Positions 1 to 8,133 of a stretch of 64,000 bases of DNA are shown piece after piece. Position 1 is the stretch's first letter. Each line of letters opens with the position of its first letter. Position numbers and translations under genes: made by a program. Where the stretch lies: assembly GCA_963825035.1 (NCBI GenBank), contig CAWGRT010000011.1:18874-82873 (forward strand), read 5' to 3'. The notes beneath the pieces are model-generated. The model had not been told where the DNA came from. It made no database searches and saw nothing but the letters and a program-made list of their open reading frames with translations. This stretch comes from Candidatus Krumholzibacteriia bacterium (GTDB lineage Bacteria > Krumholzibacteriota > Krumholzibacteriia > LZORAL124-64-63).

Positions 1-537
1 CTGGTACTCGGTCCGATCCGACTTCATGCTGGCCGAGTCCAGCCGCTGGGCCTGCTCGTAGTCGAGCCAGCTCAGGGGCGTCTGGCCGACGGGCGCGGTC
101 AGGGCCACCCGCTTGACGGCGGCCAGGAAATCGCGCGAGGTGCCCACCCACGACAGGGGGCGCGCGCGGATGGCCTCGATGATCTCGCCCTCGTCGTAGC
201 CGGGGGTGATGGTCTCCCAGAAGGTGTCGGTCAGGGCGGCCAGCAGCCGCAGGCCCGCGGCCATGCCCGCGAAGCCCTCCTGGTGGGTCAGGGCCTGGGC
301 GTAGACCGAGGCGATCTGCAGGTCCTTGGACTGCTCCCGCAGCACGCCCTCGCACAGGTTGGCCACGCCGCGCCAGTCGGCCCGCTTGGTCTCGCCGCCG
401 GGATCCAGCAGGGGGTCGGCCTCCCGCCGCAGTTCGTCGAGGTTGGCGAAGGTCAGGTCACCGGCCACCAGGCGCAGGTCGGTGCCGGCCGGATGGTCGG
501 GGTCGATGGGTGCGAGCAACTGTTCCCAATCCGCCAT
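1..537 (-). CDS. tssA: Type VI secretion-associated TssA/ImpA-family protein, first 179 codons only (gene continues past the left edge)
   Basis: The minus frame is open from the window edge to an ATG at 535-537, preceded by GGGAGG. Translation is MADWEQLLAPIDPDHPAGTDLRLVAGDLTFANLDELRREADP...KRADWRGVANLCEGVLREQSKDLQIASVYAQALTHQEGFAGMAAGLRLLAALTDTFWETITP. This fits the ImpA_N signature (P-x-G-x-DLR, D-W, SKDL, GL-x-LL, FW-x-x-x-x-P). It is absent from the ORF track because there is no stop codon in the window. Confidence 0.65.
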   Translation of the reverse strand, partial: MADWEQLLAPIDPDHPAGTDLRLVAGDLTFANLDELRREADPLLDPGGETKRADWRGVANLCEGVLREQSKDLQIASVYAQALTHQEGFAGMAAGLRLLAALTDTFWETITPGYDEGEIIEAIRARPLSWVGTSRDFLAAVKRVALTAPVGQTPLSWLDYEQAQRLDSASMKSDRTEYQ

Positions 538-838
538 GGAATCCTCCCACCGGGTTGAAAAGCGCCGGAAAGACGGAACGATCCAACCGGCCTCCGGCTG
601 CGGAAGCGCGCGTCGGGGCCGCCGTCAGGCGCACCGGGTTTCCCCCATACCTTCGAATTTGTACCGGATCCGGGGCATGGCCGCAACATGAAAATCGAAT
701 GCAATTCCCCGAAGATCCTCGCAAATAGGCGATTTAGGCGAAATCAGGCCAGGGTGCGGCCAAATCTGAACCGGGAATGTCCGTAATTGGTTCCGGCACC
801 GGTGGCCGGAAATCCGACCGGGGACCTTCCCGCCCGGT

Positions 839-1903
839 TCAGTAGCCCAGCTGCTTGTCGACCACGTTCGCCAGGGGCTCGCCCGCCCCGAATCGTCGCA
901 GGTTCTCCTTGAACACGTCCCACCGCCGCTCGCGGGTCAGTTCGGCGACGCTGGCCACGTGGGGCGTGATGATCACGTGGGGCGCGCGCCACAGGGGGTG
1001 GTCCGCCGGCAGGGGCTCGGGGTCGGTGACGTCCAGGCCCGCGCCGGCCAGCTTCCCCGACGCCAGGGCGGCCGCCAGGGCGTCCGTGTCCACGATGGGC
1101 CCGCGCCCGATGTTCACGAAGTACGCCCCGTCCTTCATGGCCGCGAACCGCCCGGCGTCGAACAGGCCCCGGGTCTCGTCGGTCAGGGGCAGGGCCACCG
1201 CCACCACGTCGGCCCGGGCCAGGAAGCGGTCCAGGTCCCCGGCGGTGCCCAGCTCGTCCACATATGCGGGAACGGGGCGCTCGGTGCGCACCGTGGCCAG
1301 CACTTTCATGTCGAAGGCCTTGGCGCGGCGGGCGATCTCGCTGCCGATGCCGCCCATGCCGACGACGAACATGGTGCGCCCGTCCAGGGTGGTCAGGCCG
1401 CTGCCGGCGCGGCGGTCCCACTGGGCGGCCTTCTGGGCGTCCCAGTAGTCGGGCAGGTCGCGGGTCAGGGCCAGCAGCAGGCCGAACACGTGCTCGGCGA
1501 TGGCCGGCCCGTGCACCCCGCGCATGTTGGCCAGGACGATGCCGTCGGCGGTCCTCAGGCCCGGCACGTCGTCGAAGTAGCTGTCCACCCCGGCGCTCCA
1601 GGACTGGACGAAGTGCAGGTTCTTCGCCGCGGCCAGCAGTTCGGGGGTCAGCACGTGGGCGTCGGCCCCGTCCAGTTCACCGGCGTGGGCCAGGGCCTCC
1701 TCCTCGGACAGGTCCACGAGGAAGGTGACGTTGGGGGCGACGGCCTTGAGCTGGGCCAGCTCGTCGGCGTCCAGCTGGCCGGCCAGGTAGGTCAGGGGCC
1801 GGGTGCCGCCGTTCGTGTCGATGGCAACGGCGCTGCGGTCGGCGGCCAGGGCGGGCAGGGCCAGGCACAGGACAAGGACGGCGAGCAGGGAGCGCTTGGG
1901 CAT
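839..1903 (-). CDS. D-isomer-specific 2-hydroxyacid dehydrogenase family protein with an N-terminal Sec-type signal peptide
   Basis: ORF 839..1945; the internal start MPKRSLLAVLVLCLALPALAADRS has a GGGAGA RBS. The NAD fold is GRTMFVVGMGGIGSEIARRA. The catalytic region is NIGRGPIVDTDAL...LAGAGLDVTDPEPLP...PHVIITPHVAS. Confidence 0.85.
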   Translation of the reverse strand: MPKRSLLAVLVLCLALPALAADRSAVAIDTNGGTRPLTYLAGQLDADELAQLKAVAPNVTFLVDLSEEEALAHAGELDGADAHVLTPELLAAAKNLHFVQSWSAGVDSYFDDVPGLRTADGIVLANMRGVHGPAIAEHVFGLLLALTRDLPDYWDAQKAAQWDRRAGSGLTTLDGRTMFVVGMGGIGSEIARRAKAFDMKVLATVRTERPVPAYVDELGTAGDLDRFLARADVVAVALPLTDETRGLFDAGRFAAMKDGAYFVNIGRGPIVDTDALAAALASGKLAGAGLDVTDPEPLPADHPLWRAPHVIITPHVASVAELTRERRWDVFKENLRRFGAGEPLANVVDKQLGY

Positions 1904-2087
1904 GGCGGGCGATTCTCCCGGTTGGGGTGCAGGTTCAGACCGCACAGTGTAAGGCGGCGCCGGGCGCCCGGCACCCGTCCGGCCCGATCCGGGAGCGATT
2001 TCCTATACTTTTTGCGCGTCCCGCCTCCGTTTCCGCATCCGTCGGTGAGCACGATTGGCACCTCACCGCCAGCGAAACGAGAAGACC

Positions 2088-2645
2088 ATGCGATCCCTGC
2101 GCCCGACGACCCTGGTCCCGCTCCTGTTGACCCTCGGCCTGGCCCTGGCCGGCTGCAGCGGCAGCAACGACCCCACCGCTCCGACCGACCCCGTCGAAAC
2201 GCCCCCGGTGGAGATCAAGACGCCCAAGTCGTTGAAGATCAACAAGGTTTCCGTCTCGGCCTACGGTGACAAGAACGGCGGCAACTGGGACGTGGGCGTT
2301 TCCGTCTCCAGCCGCCGCGCCGACCTGTACGTGACGCTGACCAGCGGCACGACGGCCAACGCCCCCTACTACGTGTCCAACGTCATCGAGGACGCCTTCT
2401 CCGGCGCGCCCTACGACTTCACCTCCTCGTCGGCCGGCACCGGCCTGCCCAAGACCCAGTCCGCCGGCCGGGACGTGATCCTCGAGCTGATGGACGACGA
2501 CGGCCTGTCCGCCGACGATCAGATCGGCACGGTCAAATTCAGCCCCCTGGACTCCTACGGCAACGACAACGCGGTGGGCTTCTACAAGACCTTCTTCGGC
2601 AGCAACGACACGAAGGTCTCGGTCTCCGGAACCTGGGTCTACTGA
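2088..2645 (+). CDS. Hypothetical lipoprotein
   Basis: ORF 2055..2645; the internal start MRSLRPTTLVPLLLTLGLALAGCSGS carries a lipobox (LAGC). The composition is coding-like (N, K, Y, D rich despite the GC bias). Confidence 0.7.
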   Translation: MRSLRPTTLVPLLLTLGLALAGCSGSNDPTAPTDPVETPPVEIKTPKSLKINKVSVSAYGDKNGGNWDVGVSVSSRRADLYVTLTSGTTANAPYYVSNVIEDAFSGAPYDFTSSSAGTGLPKTQSAGRDVILELMDDDGLSADDQIGTVKFSPLDSYGNDNAVGFYKTFFGSNDTKVSVSGTWVY

Positions 2646-2663
2646 TCCGCGCCACCGGCAGCA

Positions 2664-2691
2664 CGGCCCCGGCGGGAAGCCGCCGGGGCCG
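2664..2691. terminator. GC hairpin between convergent genes (bidirectional terminator candidate)
   Basis: Perfect 12-bp stem cggccccggcgg / ccgccggggccg with loop gaag. It lies 19 nt after the stop at 2645 and 45 nt before the stop of the minus gene at 2736. Confidence 0.5.
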
Positions 2692-2735
2692 CGTGGCGTT
2701 TCGTCCCGTTTCCGGAGGGCCGGGCCGGGGCCCAG

Positions 2736-3397
2736 CTACCGATACAGGCTCTTGATCTCACCCCAGGATGCCGCCGCGACCGGGACCGCGCCGGCGTCCG
2801 CCCAGGCGACGCGGACGCGTCCGGCATACCCGGCCAGGTGGCCGCTGGGGGAGTCCGTCTGGTAGGCGTAGACGTGGACCTCCAGGGCGTAGACGCCCGC
2901 CGGAACGACCACCTCGGCCTGGTCCGGTCCGGTGCCTCGGTCAGCAGCGGCAGGACGGTCCCGTCGGGCCAGGTCAGGGTCGCCGTATGGACGTCGCTGG
3001 AGAGGAGGCCGGCCACCTCGCGCAGCGCAGTCAACCGGGTCTGGACCGCGAATTCCACGGTGCAGGCCAAAGTGGCCCCGTAGTCCGCTCCGGTCACGTT
3101 GGCGGAGTCGATCTCCGGATAGCTGCCGCTGAAGGCGAGGCTGTCGGCGTCGCAGTGCATCAGCCACGGGTGGGGGCAGTCCATGTTGCCGTAGCCGTCG
3201 GCTTCGGTGGCGTGGAAGCCGGCGGCGCCTGCGTCACTGTTCCAGTAGCAGAAGCCGGGGGTCGGCGTCGCGGCGAGCCAGATGTCGTGGGTGAGTTCGC
3301 CCTGCGCCTGCAGGATCGTGGCGCCGTCCCAGGCCAGGGCCGGCAGCGCGGCCATGCCCACGAGGGCGAGGGCGAAGATTGCCGTCTGTCGTGTCAT
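2736..3397 (-). CDS. Secreted hypothetical protein ending in the WGEIKSLYR tag; one apparent frameshift near 2925-2940
   Basis: The N-terminal piece is in ORF 2639..3430 (MTRQTAIFALALVGMAALPALAWDG, a signal peptide, with a GGAGA RBS before the ATG at 3397). The C-terminal piece is in ORF 2736..3167 (...PDQAEVVVPAGVYALEVHVYAYQTDSPSGHLAGYAGRVRVAWADAGAVPVAAASWGEIKSLYR). The frames join at the short repeat ccggaccggacc. Confidence 0.65.
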
Positions 3398-3557
3398 ATC
3401 ATTCTCCATAGGTGGTCTTGGGGTCCGCATCGATCATACCACATCGTGGCGGCCCGTGGCCACCCGCGCCGGTCGGGATGCCGATCCGGCATGCGGGGCG
3501 TACGTTGTCTCGCGGAGCCCGTCCGCCGCCATCCCCCCATCCGCCGAAGGAGCCCTC

Positions 3558-4544
3558 ATGGAATTCAAGGCCCTGCTCGTGGAACGCACCGGCGACCGCG
3601 CGTTCGCCCGCTCGGTCGTCAGCCGCTCCGTGGACGATCTGCCCGAAGGTCCGCTGCTGATCCGGGTCCACTTCTCGTCGCTGAACTACAAGGACGCCCT
3701 GTCGGCCACCGGCAACCCGGGGGTGACGCGGGAATTCCCCCACACGCCCGGCATCGACGCCGCGGGCGAGGTGGTGTCCTGTGCGGACGGGGCGTTCCAG
3801 CCCGGCGACAAGGTCATCGTCACCGGCTTCGACCTGGGCATGGAGACCGACGGCGGCTTCGGGCAGATGATCCGCGTCCCCAGCGCCTGGGCGGTGAAGC
3901 TGCCCGCCGGCCTCTCCCTGAAGGAGAGCATGATGTTCGGCACCGCGGGCCTGACGGCGGCCATGTCGGTGCAGGAGTTGAGCGAGGGGGGCGTCACCAC
4001 CGACGCGGGCCCGGTGCTGGTGACCGGCGCCACCGGCGGCGTGGGCAGCCTGGCCGTGGCGATGCTGGCGCGTCTGGGCTACGAGGTGGTGGCGGTCACC
4101 GGCAAGCCGGACGAGGCCGCGTATTTGACGGACCTGGGCGCCGCGCGGGTCATCGGCCGCGAGGAGGAGCTGACCGGCCACGAGAAGCCCATGATGAAGG
4201 CCGTGTGGGCCGGCGCCATCGACTGCGTGGGGGGCGACATGCTGGCCGCGGCGGTCAAGGCGACCCGCACCGGCGGCGTGGTGACCTGCTGCGGGCTGGT
4301 GGGGTCGCCGGACCTGCCGCTGAGCGTGTTCCCGTTCATCCTGCGGGGTGTGCGGCTGGTGGGGATCGAGTCGGTGGCCTGCCCCATGGCGCGGCGTGAG
4401 AGGCTGTGGCGTCTCATGGCGACGGACTGGAAGCCGGACGGGCTGTCAGGTATGGTGGAGGAGGTCGCCCTGGAGGGTCTGGACGGGGCGATCGCGTCGA
4501 TCCTGGCGGGTGAGCGGCGGCGGCGGGCCCTCGTCGTCCTGTAG
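3558..4544 (+). CDS. acuI: YhdH/AcuI-type NADPH-dependent acrylyl-CoA / quinone oxidoreductase (MDR superfamily)
   Basis: ORF 3282..4544; the start MEFKALLVERTG follows a GAAGGAG RBS. Family motifs are SSLNYKDALSATGNPGVTREFPHTPGIDAAGEVV and VLVTGATGGVGSLAVAML. Confidence 0.85.
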   Translation: MEFKALLVERTGDRAFARSVVSRSVDDLPEGPLLIRVHFSSLNYKDALSATGNPGVTREFPHTPGIDAAGEVVSCADGAFQPGDKVIVTGFDLGMETDGGFGQMIRVPSAWAVKLPAGLSLKESMMFGTAGLTAAMSVQELSEGGVTTDAGPVLVTGATGGVGSLAVAMLARLGYEVVAVTGKPDEAAYLTDLGAARVIGREEELTGHEKPMMKAVWAGAIDCVGGDMLAAAVKATRTGGVVTCCGLVGSPDLPLSVFPFILRGVRLVGIESVACPMARRERLWRLMATDWKPDGLSGMVEEVALEGLDGAIASILAGERRRRALVVL

Positions 4545-4570
4545 TCGGCACGCGTGGGGATGGGCCGGCG

Positions 4571-5581
4571 TTGCGGAGGCCGATGAACCTGAACTGGCGC
4601 AACCGCGTGGGGCCGGGTGCGACGTTGCTCGTGCTCGCGCCCGTCCTCGGCGAACTGGTCTCCGGCCACCAACCGCCGCTCCAGTTCCTCGACCCGGTCA
4701 CCTTCGTGCTGCTGGCCTTGCCCTACGGGTTCGGGGCGCTGCTCTGCCGCGAGGCTGCCGTGCGGTGGGGGCGGGGCTGGCTCGGGCTCCTGCTGCTGGC
4801 GCTGGCCTATGCGGTCTTCGAGGAGGGTGCCGTCGCGCGCTCGCTCTGGGATCCCGCGTGGGCCGAGCTGGGCGCGATCGGCTCCTACTCGTACTGGCGT
4901 GGCGTGACCTGGACGTGGGCCGCCGCGCTCTGCCACTTCCACGTGACGGTCAGCATCGGCGCCGGCATCATCCTGGCCCACCTGCTGTATCCCGCGCGCC
5001 GGCACGAGCCGTGGCTCAAGCCGTGGCAGATCGTCGCGTGCGGCGCGGGCCTGGTCCTGTGGCTGGTCGCGCTCGCGCTGCTGCATCCGTACCGGCCGTC
5101 GACCGCGGCGATGGTCGCGACCGCGGTCCTCGTCGTCGGCCTGGTCGTTGTGGCGCGGTTCGCGAAGGATCCGGCCATCGCGGCGCGTCCGGGGCCGCCC
5201 GTGGCGCCGATCTGGTACGGGATCGTGGCGTGGCTGGACACCACGATCGTGTTTGTCGTGGTCTTCATGCTCCCGGAATCGGCGCCGCCGTGGTTGCCGC
5301 CGTGGCCGGTATCCCTGGGAGCCGTGGTCCTGGTCGATGCGGTGTCCGCCTGGCTGGTCCTCCGCTGGTCCGGCGGGGGCCGGAAGTGGGACGACCGCCA
5401 TCGATTCGCGCTGGCCAGCGGCGTGCTGGCGTTCTTCGTGCTCTTCGACGCCTTTTCGGACCTGGACGAGGGGTTCCGGGGGAGCTCCCTCGTGGCCATC
5501 GTGACCGCGGTCGCACTGTGGCGGCTGGGGCGGGAGACGGGGCGGCGGGCCTCGGAGGGACCGCCTCTCTTTTTGGGTTGA
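4571..5581 (+). CDS. Polytopic integral membrane protein, function unknown
   Basis: The 336-aa ORF has about 8 hydrophobic segments (LLVLAPVLGELV, FVLLALPYGFGALL, LGLLLLALAYAVF, IGAGIILAHLLY, VLWLVALALL and others). I recognise no family. Confidence 0.6.
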   Translation: MRRPMNLNWRNRVGPGATLLVLAPVLGELVSGHQPPLQFLDPVTFVLLALPYGFGALLCREAAVRWGRGWLGLLLLALAYAVFEEGAVARSLWDPAWAELGAIGSYSYWRGVTWTWAAALCHFHVTVSIGAGIILAHLLYPARRHEPWLKPWQIVACGAGLVLWLVALALLHPYRPSTAAMVATAVLVVGLVVVARFAKDPAIAARPGPPVAPIWYGIVAWLDTTIVFVVVFMLPESAPPWLPPWPVSLGAVVLVDAVSAWLVLRWSGGGRKWDDRHRFALASGVLAFFVLFDAFSDLDEGFRGSSLVAIVTAVALWRLGRETGRRASEGPPLFLG

Positions 5582-5661
5582 ATCGATTTTTTCCTGATGT
5601 CTTGTGATTATTTTCCGGGACGGGTCTCTCTTCAAGCAGCACCCGATGAAGAGGAGTCCCC

Positions 5662-8082
5662 ATGTCTCGCCCCCGGATCCCGACCCCGTCCGCGCGCCGC
5701 CTCGTCCTGGTCGGCGGTCTCCTGCTGCTCTTCACGCCGCCGGCGGCGGCCCCTGCCCGCGCCCAGTGGATCTCCAGCGGCGAGCAGCTCTTCGAGGATT
5801 GGTACGTCCAGGGCGAGGTCCCGGTGCGGATCCCCGACGGGTCCGGCGGGCTGATCTCGTTCGGGGCGATCGCCAACGGGTACAGCGTGGGCCACGCGGA
5901 GATCGCCGGCTCGCACGTGACGCCGGCGGGGCTGCGCGACTGGGCCGACTGTCCGATCTGCTCGCCCCCCGTCTCCTTCATGACCTTCCTGATCAATCCC
6001 CCCTTCGAGAGCCGCGGCGTGGTGTCGGCCGCCCGGGACGTCGAGGGCAACATCTTCGTCGCCTGGTACGATACCCGGGGCACCGCCTTCGCCCAGAAGA
6101 CGCTGGCGGACGGGACGCCCCAGTGGACGGATCAGGGCGTTTCGCTCATGGCCGGGCCGATCCTCAAGACGTCGGTCTGCGGCGACCTTGCGGGGGGCGC
6201 CTACGTCGGCGCACTCGCCGACTACTACAGTGGGTACAATCCGACCGTCAGCCGGGTCGGCCCCGGCGGAACGGTGGTCGCCGGGTTTCCGGCGACGGCG
6301 CTCGTCTCCCCGTTCTATACCGCTGCCTTGGACCTGCAACTCGTCGGCGAGCCGACCGGCGGCTGCTACGTCATCTGGCTGGACAACCAGGGGGTCCGCT
6401 ACCAGCACATCAGCCCCGACGGCAACCGGGACCTGGGGGCCGAGGGCGTGTTCGCGTCGTCGGTCTCGGGATCGAATACCGACCTGCGGGCCGTGCCGAC
6501 CCTGGACGAAGGGGCCTACGTGGCGTGGACCGACCACCGCAGCTTCCCGACGGGCATCTACGTGCAGCAGATCGACAGCGCCGGCGATGCCGTGTGGGAG
6601 GTCGACGGGACCTACATCGCGGACGGGCGCAATCCCAGCATCGCCTGCGATCCCGCGACCGGCGACCTGCTGGTGGGCTGGCGCGACCTGGTGACCGGTC
6701 TCGTCTCGGTCGCCCGGCTGGATCGCGGCGGCCAGGTGGTCCTGGCGCCGCAGGTCGTGACCAACGCGGACGCCGTCGCCGTGGGGAGCGACACGCAGGG
6801 CGGCATGCTCGTCGCCGCTTCGCACCAGGCTGGATACCTCGTCCTGGAGGCGCTCGAATCCGACGGCAGCGTCCGGTACGCCGATTTCCTGCAGGGCGGG
6901 AGCTACGCGTATCCGTACGTCGCGACCGACGGGGACGGCGGCGCGATCGTCGCGTGGAGCGACGCGAACGTGCAGATCGAAAGCGCAGTCCGCTTCCGCG
7001 CCAACGGCGGCAACGACGCGCTGTACCCGGACCTGACCGCCGTCACCGACGAGCCCGCCGACGAGGGGGGACAGGTCAGGCTGACGGTGGCCGCGCCGCC
7101 GGCCGACTATCGCCAGTATCTCGACACGGAATCCATCTACGGCTACGGCGTGTGGCGGCTCGAAGCCGCCGCGGCCGCCGCGCCGGCCGCCGGACCCGCG
7201 GCCACGGCGACTCCGGATGCGCCGGCACTCCCGGGCGCCGACCTGGCGGCCCGCCTGGACGCGGGCGAGGTCCGCCTCGGCCCGGCGGAGGCGGCGGCCC
7301 TGGGCATGCCGGCCGGTACCTGGGTGTCGGTCGGCTTCCACGCACCGCTCCACGGGCCGACCTCGTACACGTTCCTGGCACCCACGCGCACGGACTCCAC
7401 CGGTGCCGGCCCCGCGACCGAGACCTTCGCGGTGACGTCCCACACCCTCAGCGGCATCGTGACCACGTCGTTCGCGAAGTCGGGCTCGTCGATCGACAAC
7501 CTGGCGCCCGCGGCGCCGGCGAATCTCGCGGCGCAGCTCGCGGGCGGCGCGGTGGACCTGAGCTGGTCGCCGGTGGCGGCGGCCGACCTCGCCGGATACG
7601 CCGTCTATCGCGGCGCGGACAGCGGCTTCACGCCGGACCCGGCGAACCGGCTGGCCCAGGCGACGACGACGACGTACTCGGACCCGCAGTTCGATCCGGC
7701 GGCCTGGTACAAGGTCAGTGCCGTCGATCGCCACGGGAACGAGTCGGCGTACGCCGTCCTGGGACCGCAGCAGGTGTCGGGGGTCGGCGAGGCGGCCGGG
7801 ACGCAGGTGTCGTTCCTGGATCCGCTCCAGCCGAATCCCGGCAGCGGTCCGGGAACGGTGGTCTTCGGCCTGCGGGCGCCCGCCCACGTCCGGCTGGCGG
7901 TGTACGATGTGCGGGGGCGTCTCGTGCGCCGGCTGCTCGACGAGGTCGCGGGCGCCGGGCGCCACGTCGCCACGTGGGATGGCCGTGACGAGGAGGGCAG
8001 GCCGCTCGCCTCGGGGACGTACGTGCTGAAACTCGAGGGGCCGGGCCTGTCGCTGGGCCGCAAGCTCACGCGCGTCCGGTAG
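5662..8082 (+). CDS. Large secreted repeat (beta-propeller-like) protein with a fibronectin-III domain and a FlgD-Ig/T9SS-like C-terminal domain
   Basis: Intact 806-aa ORF with signal peptide RRLVLVGGLLLLFTPPAAAPARAQW. It has repeated units of about 60 aa of the type VAW-x-D-x-R...IY-x-Q-x-I-x-x-x-G-x-x-x-W. The FN3-like segment is APAAPANLAAQLAGGAVDLSWSPVAAADLAGYAVYRG. The C-terminus is LQPNPGSGPGTVVFGLRAPAHVRLAVYDVRGRLVRRLLDE...HVATWDGRDEEGRPLASGTYVLKLEG...KLTRVR. Confidence 0.85.
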   Translation: MSRPRIPTPSARRLVLVGGLLLLFTPPAAAPARAQWISSGEQLFEDWYVQGEVPVRIPDGSGGLISFGAIANGYSVGHAEIAGSHVTPAGLRDWADCPICSPPVSFMTFLINPPFESRGVVSAARDVEGNIFVAWYDTRGTAFAQKTLADGTPQWTDQGVSLMAGPILKTSVCGDLAGGAYVGALADYYSGYNPTVSRVGPGGTVVAGFPATALVSPFYTAALDLQLVGEPTGGCYVIWLDNQGVRYQHISPDGNRDLGAEGVFASSVSGSNTDLRAVPTLDEGAYVAWTDHRSFPTGIYVQQIDSAGDAVWEVDGTYIADGRNPSIACDPATGDLLVGWRDLVTGLVSVARLDRGGQVVLAPQVVTNADAVAVGSDTQGGMLVAASHQAGYLVLEALESDGSVRYADFLQGGSYAYPYVATDGDGGAIVAWSDANVQIESAVRFRANGGNDALYPDLTAVTDEPADEGGQVRLTVAAPPADYRQYLDTESIYGYGVWRLEAAAAAAPAAGPAATATPDAPALPGADLAARLDAGEVRLGPAEAAALGMPAGTWVSVGFHAPLHGPTSYTFLAPTRTDSTGAGPATETFAVTSHTLSGIVTTSFAKSGSSIDNLAPAAPANLAAQLAGGAVDLSWSPVAAADLAGYAVYRGADSGFTPDPANRLAQATTTTYSDPQFDPAAWYKVSAVDRHGNESAYAVLGPQQVSGVGEAAGTQVSFLDPLQPNPGSGPGTVVFGLRAPAHVRLAVYDVRGRLVRRLLDEVAGAGRHVATWDGRDEEGRPLASGTYVLKLEGPGLSLGRKLTRVR

Positions 8083-8133
8083 GGGCCCGTCCGGCGCGCG
8101 GGCGGCGCCGATCGCCCTTGTCCCGGCGGCCCG

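Noticed and set aside
959-2269. Long ORFs overlapping or antisense to real genes, for example 959..2269 (+), 744..1421 (-) and 1264..1728 (+)
   Set aside because: They are typical high-GC shadow ORFs. Their translations are dominated by R, P, G and A, with no motifs. They overlap the well-supported dehydrogenase gene.
4079-8082. Long alternative-frame ORFs 4079..5635 (-), 5604..7988 (+) and 5632..7965 (-)
   Set aside because: They have Arg/Pro/Gly-rich low-complexity translations. They are antisense to, or out of frame with, the membrane protein and the 806-aa secreted protein, both of which have signal peptides and recognisable domains.
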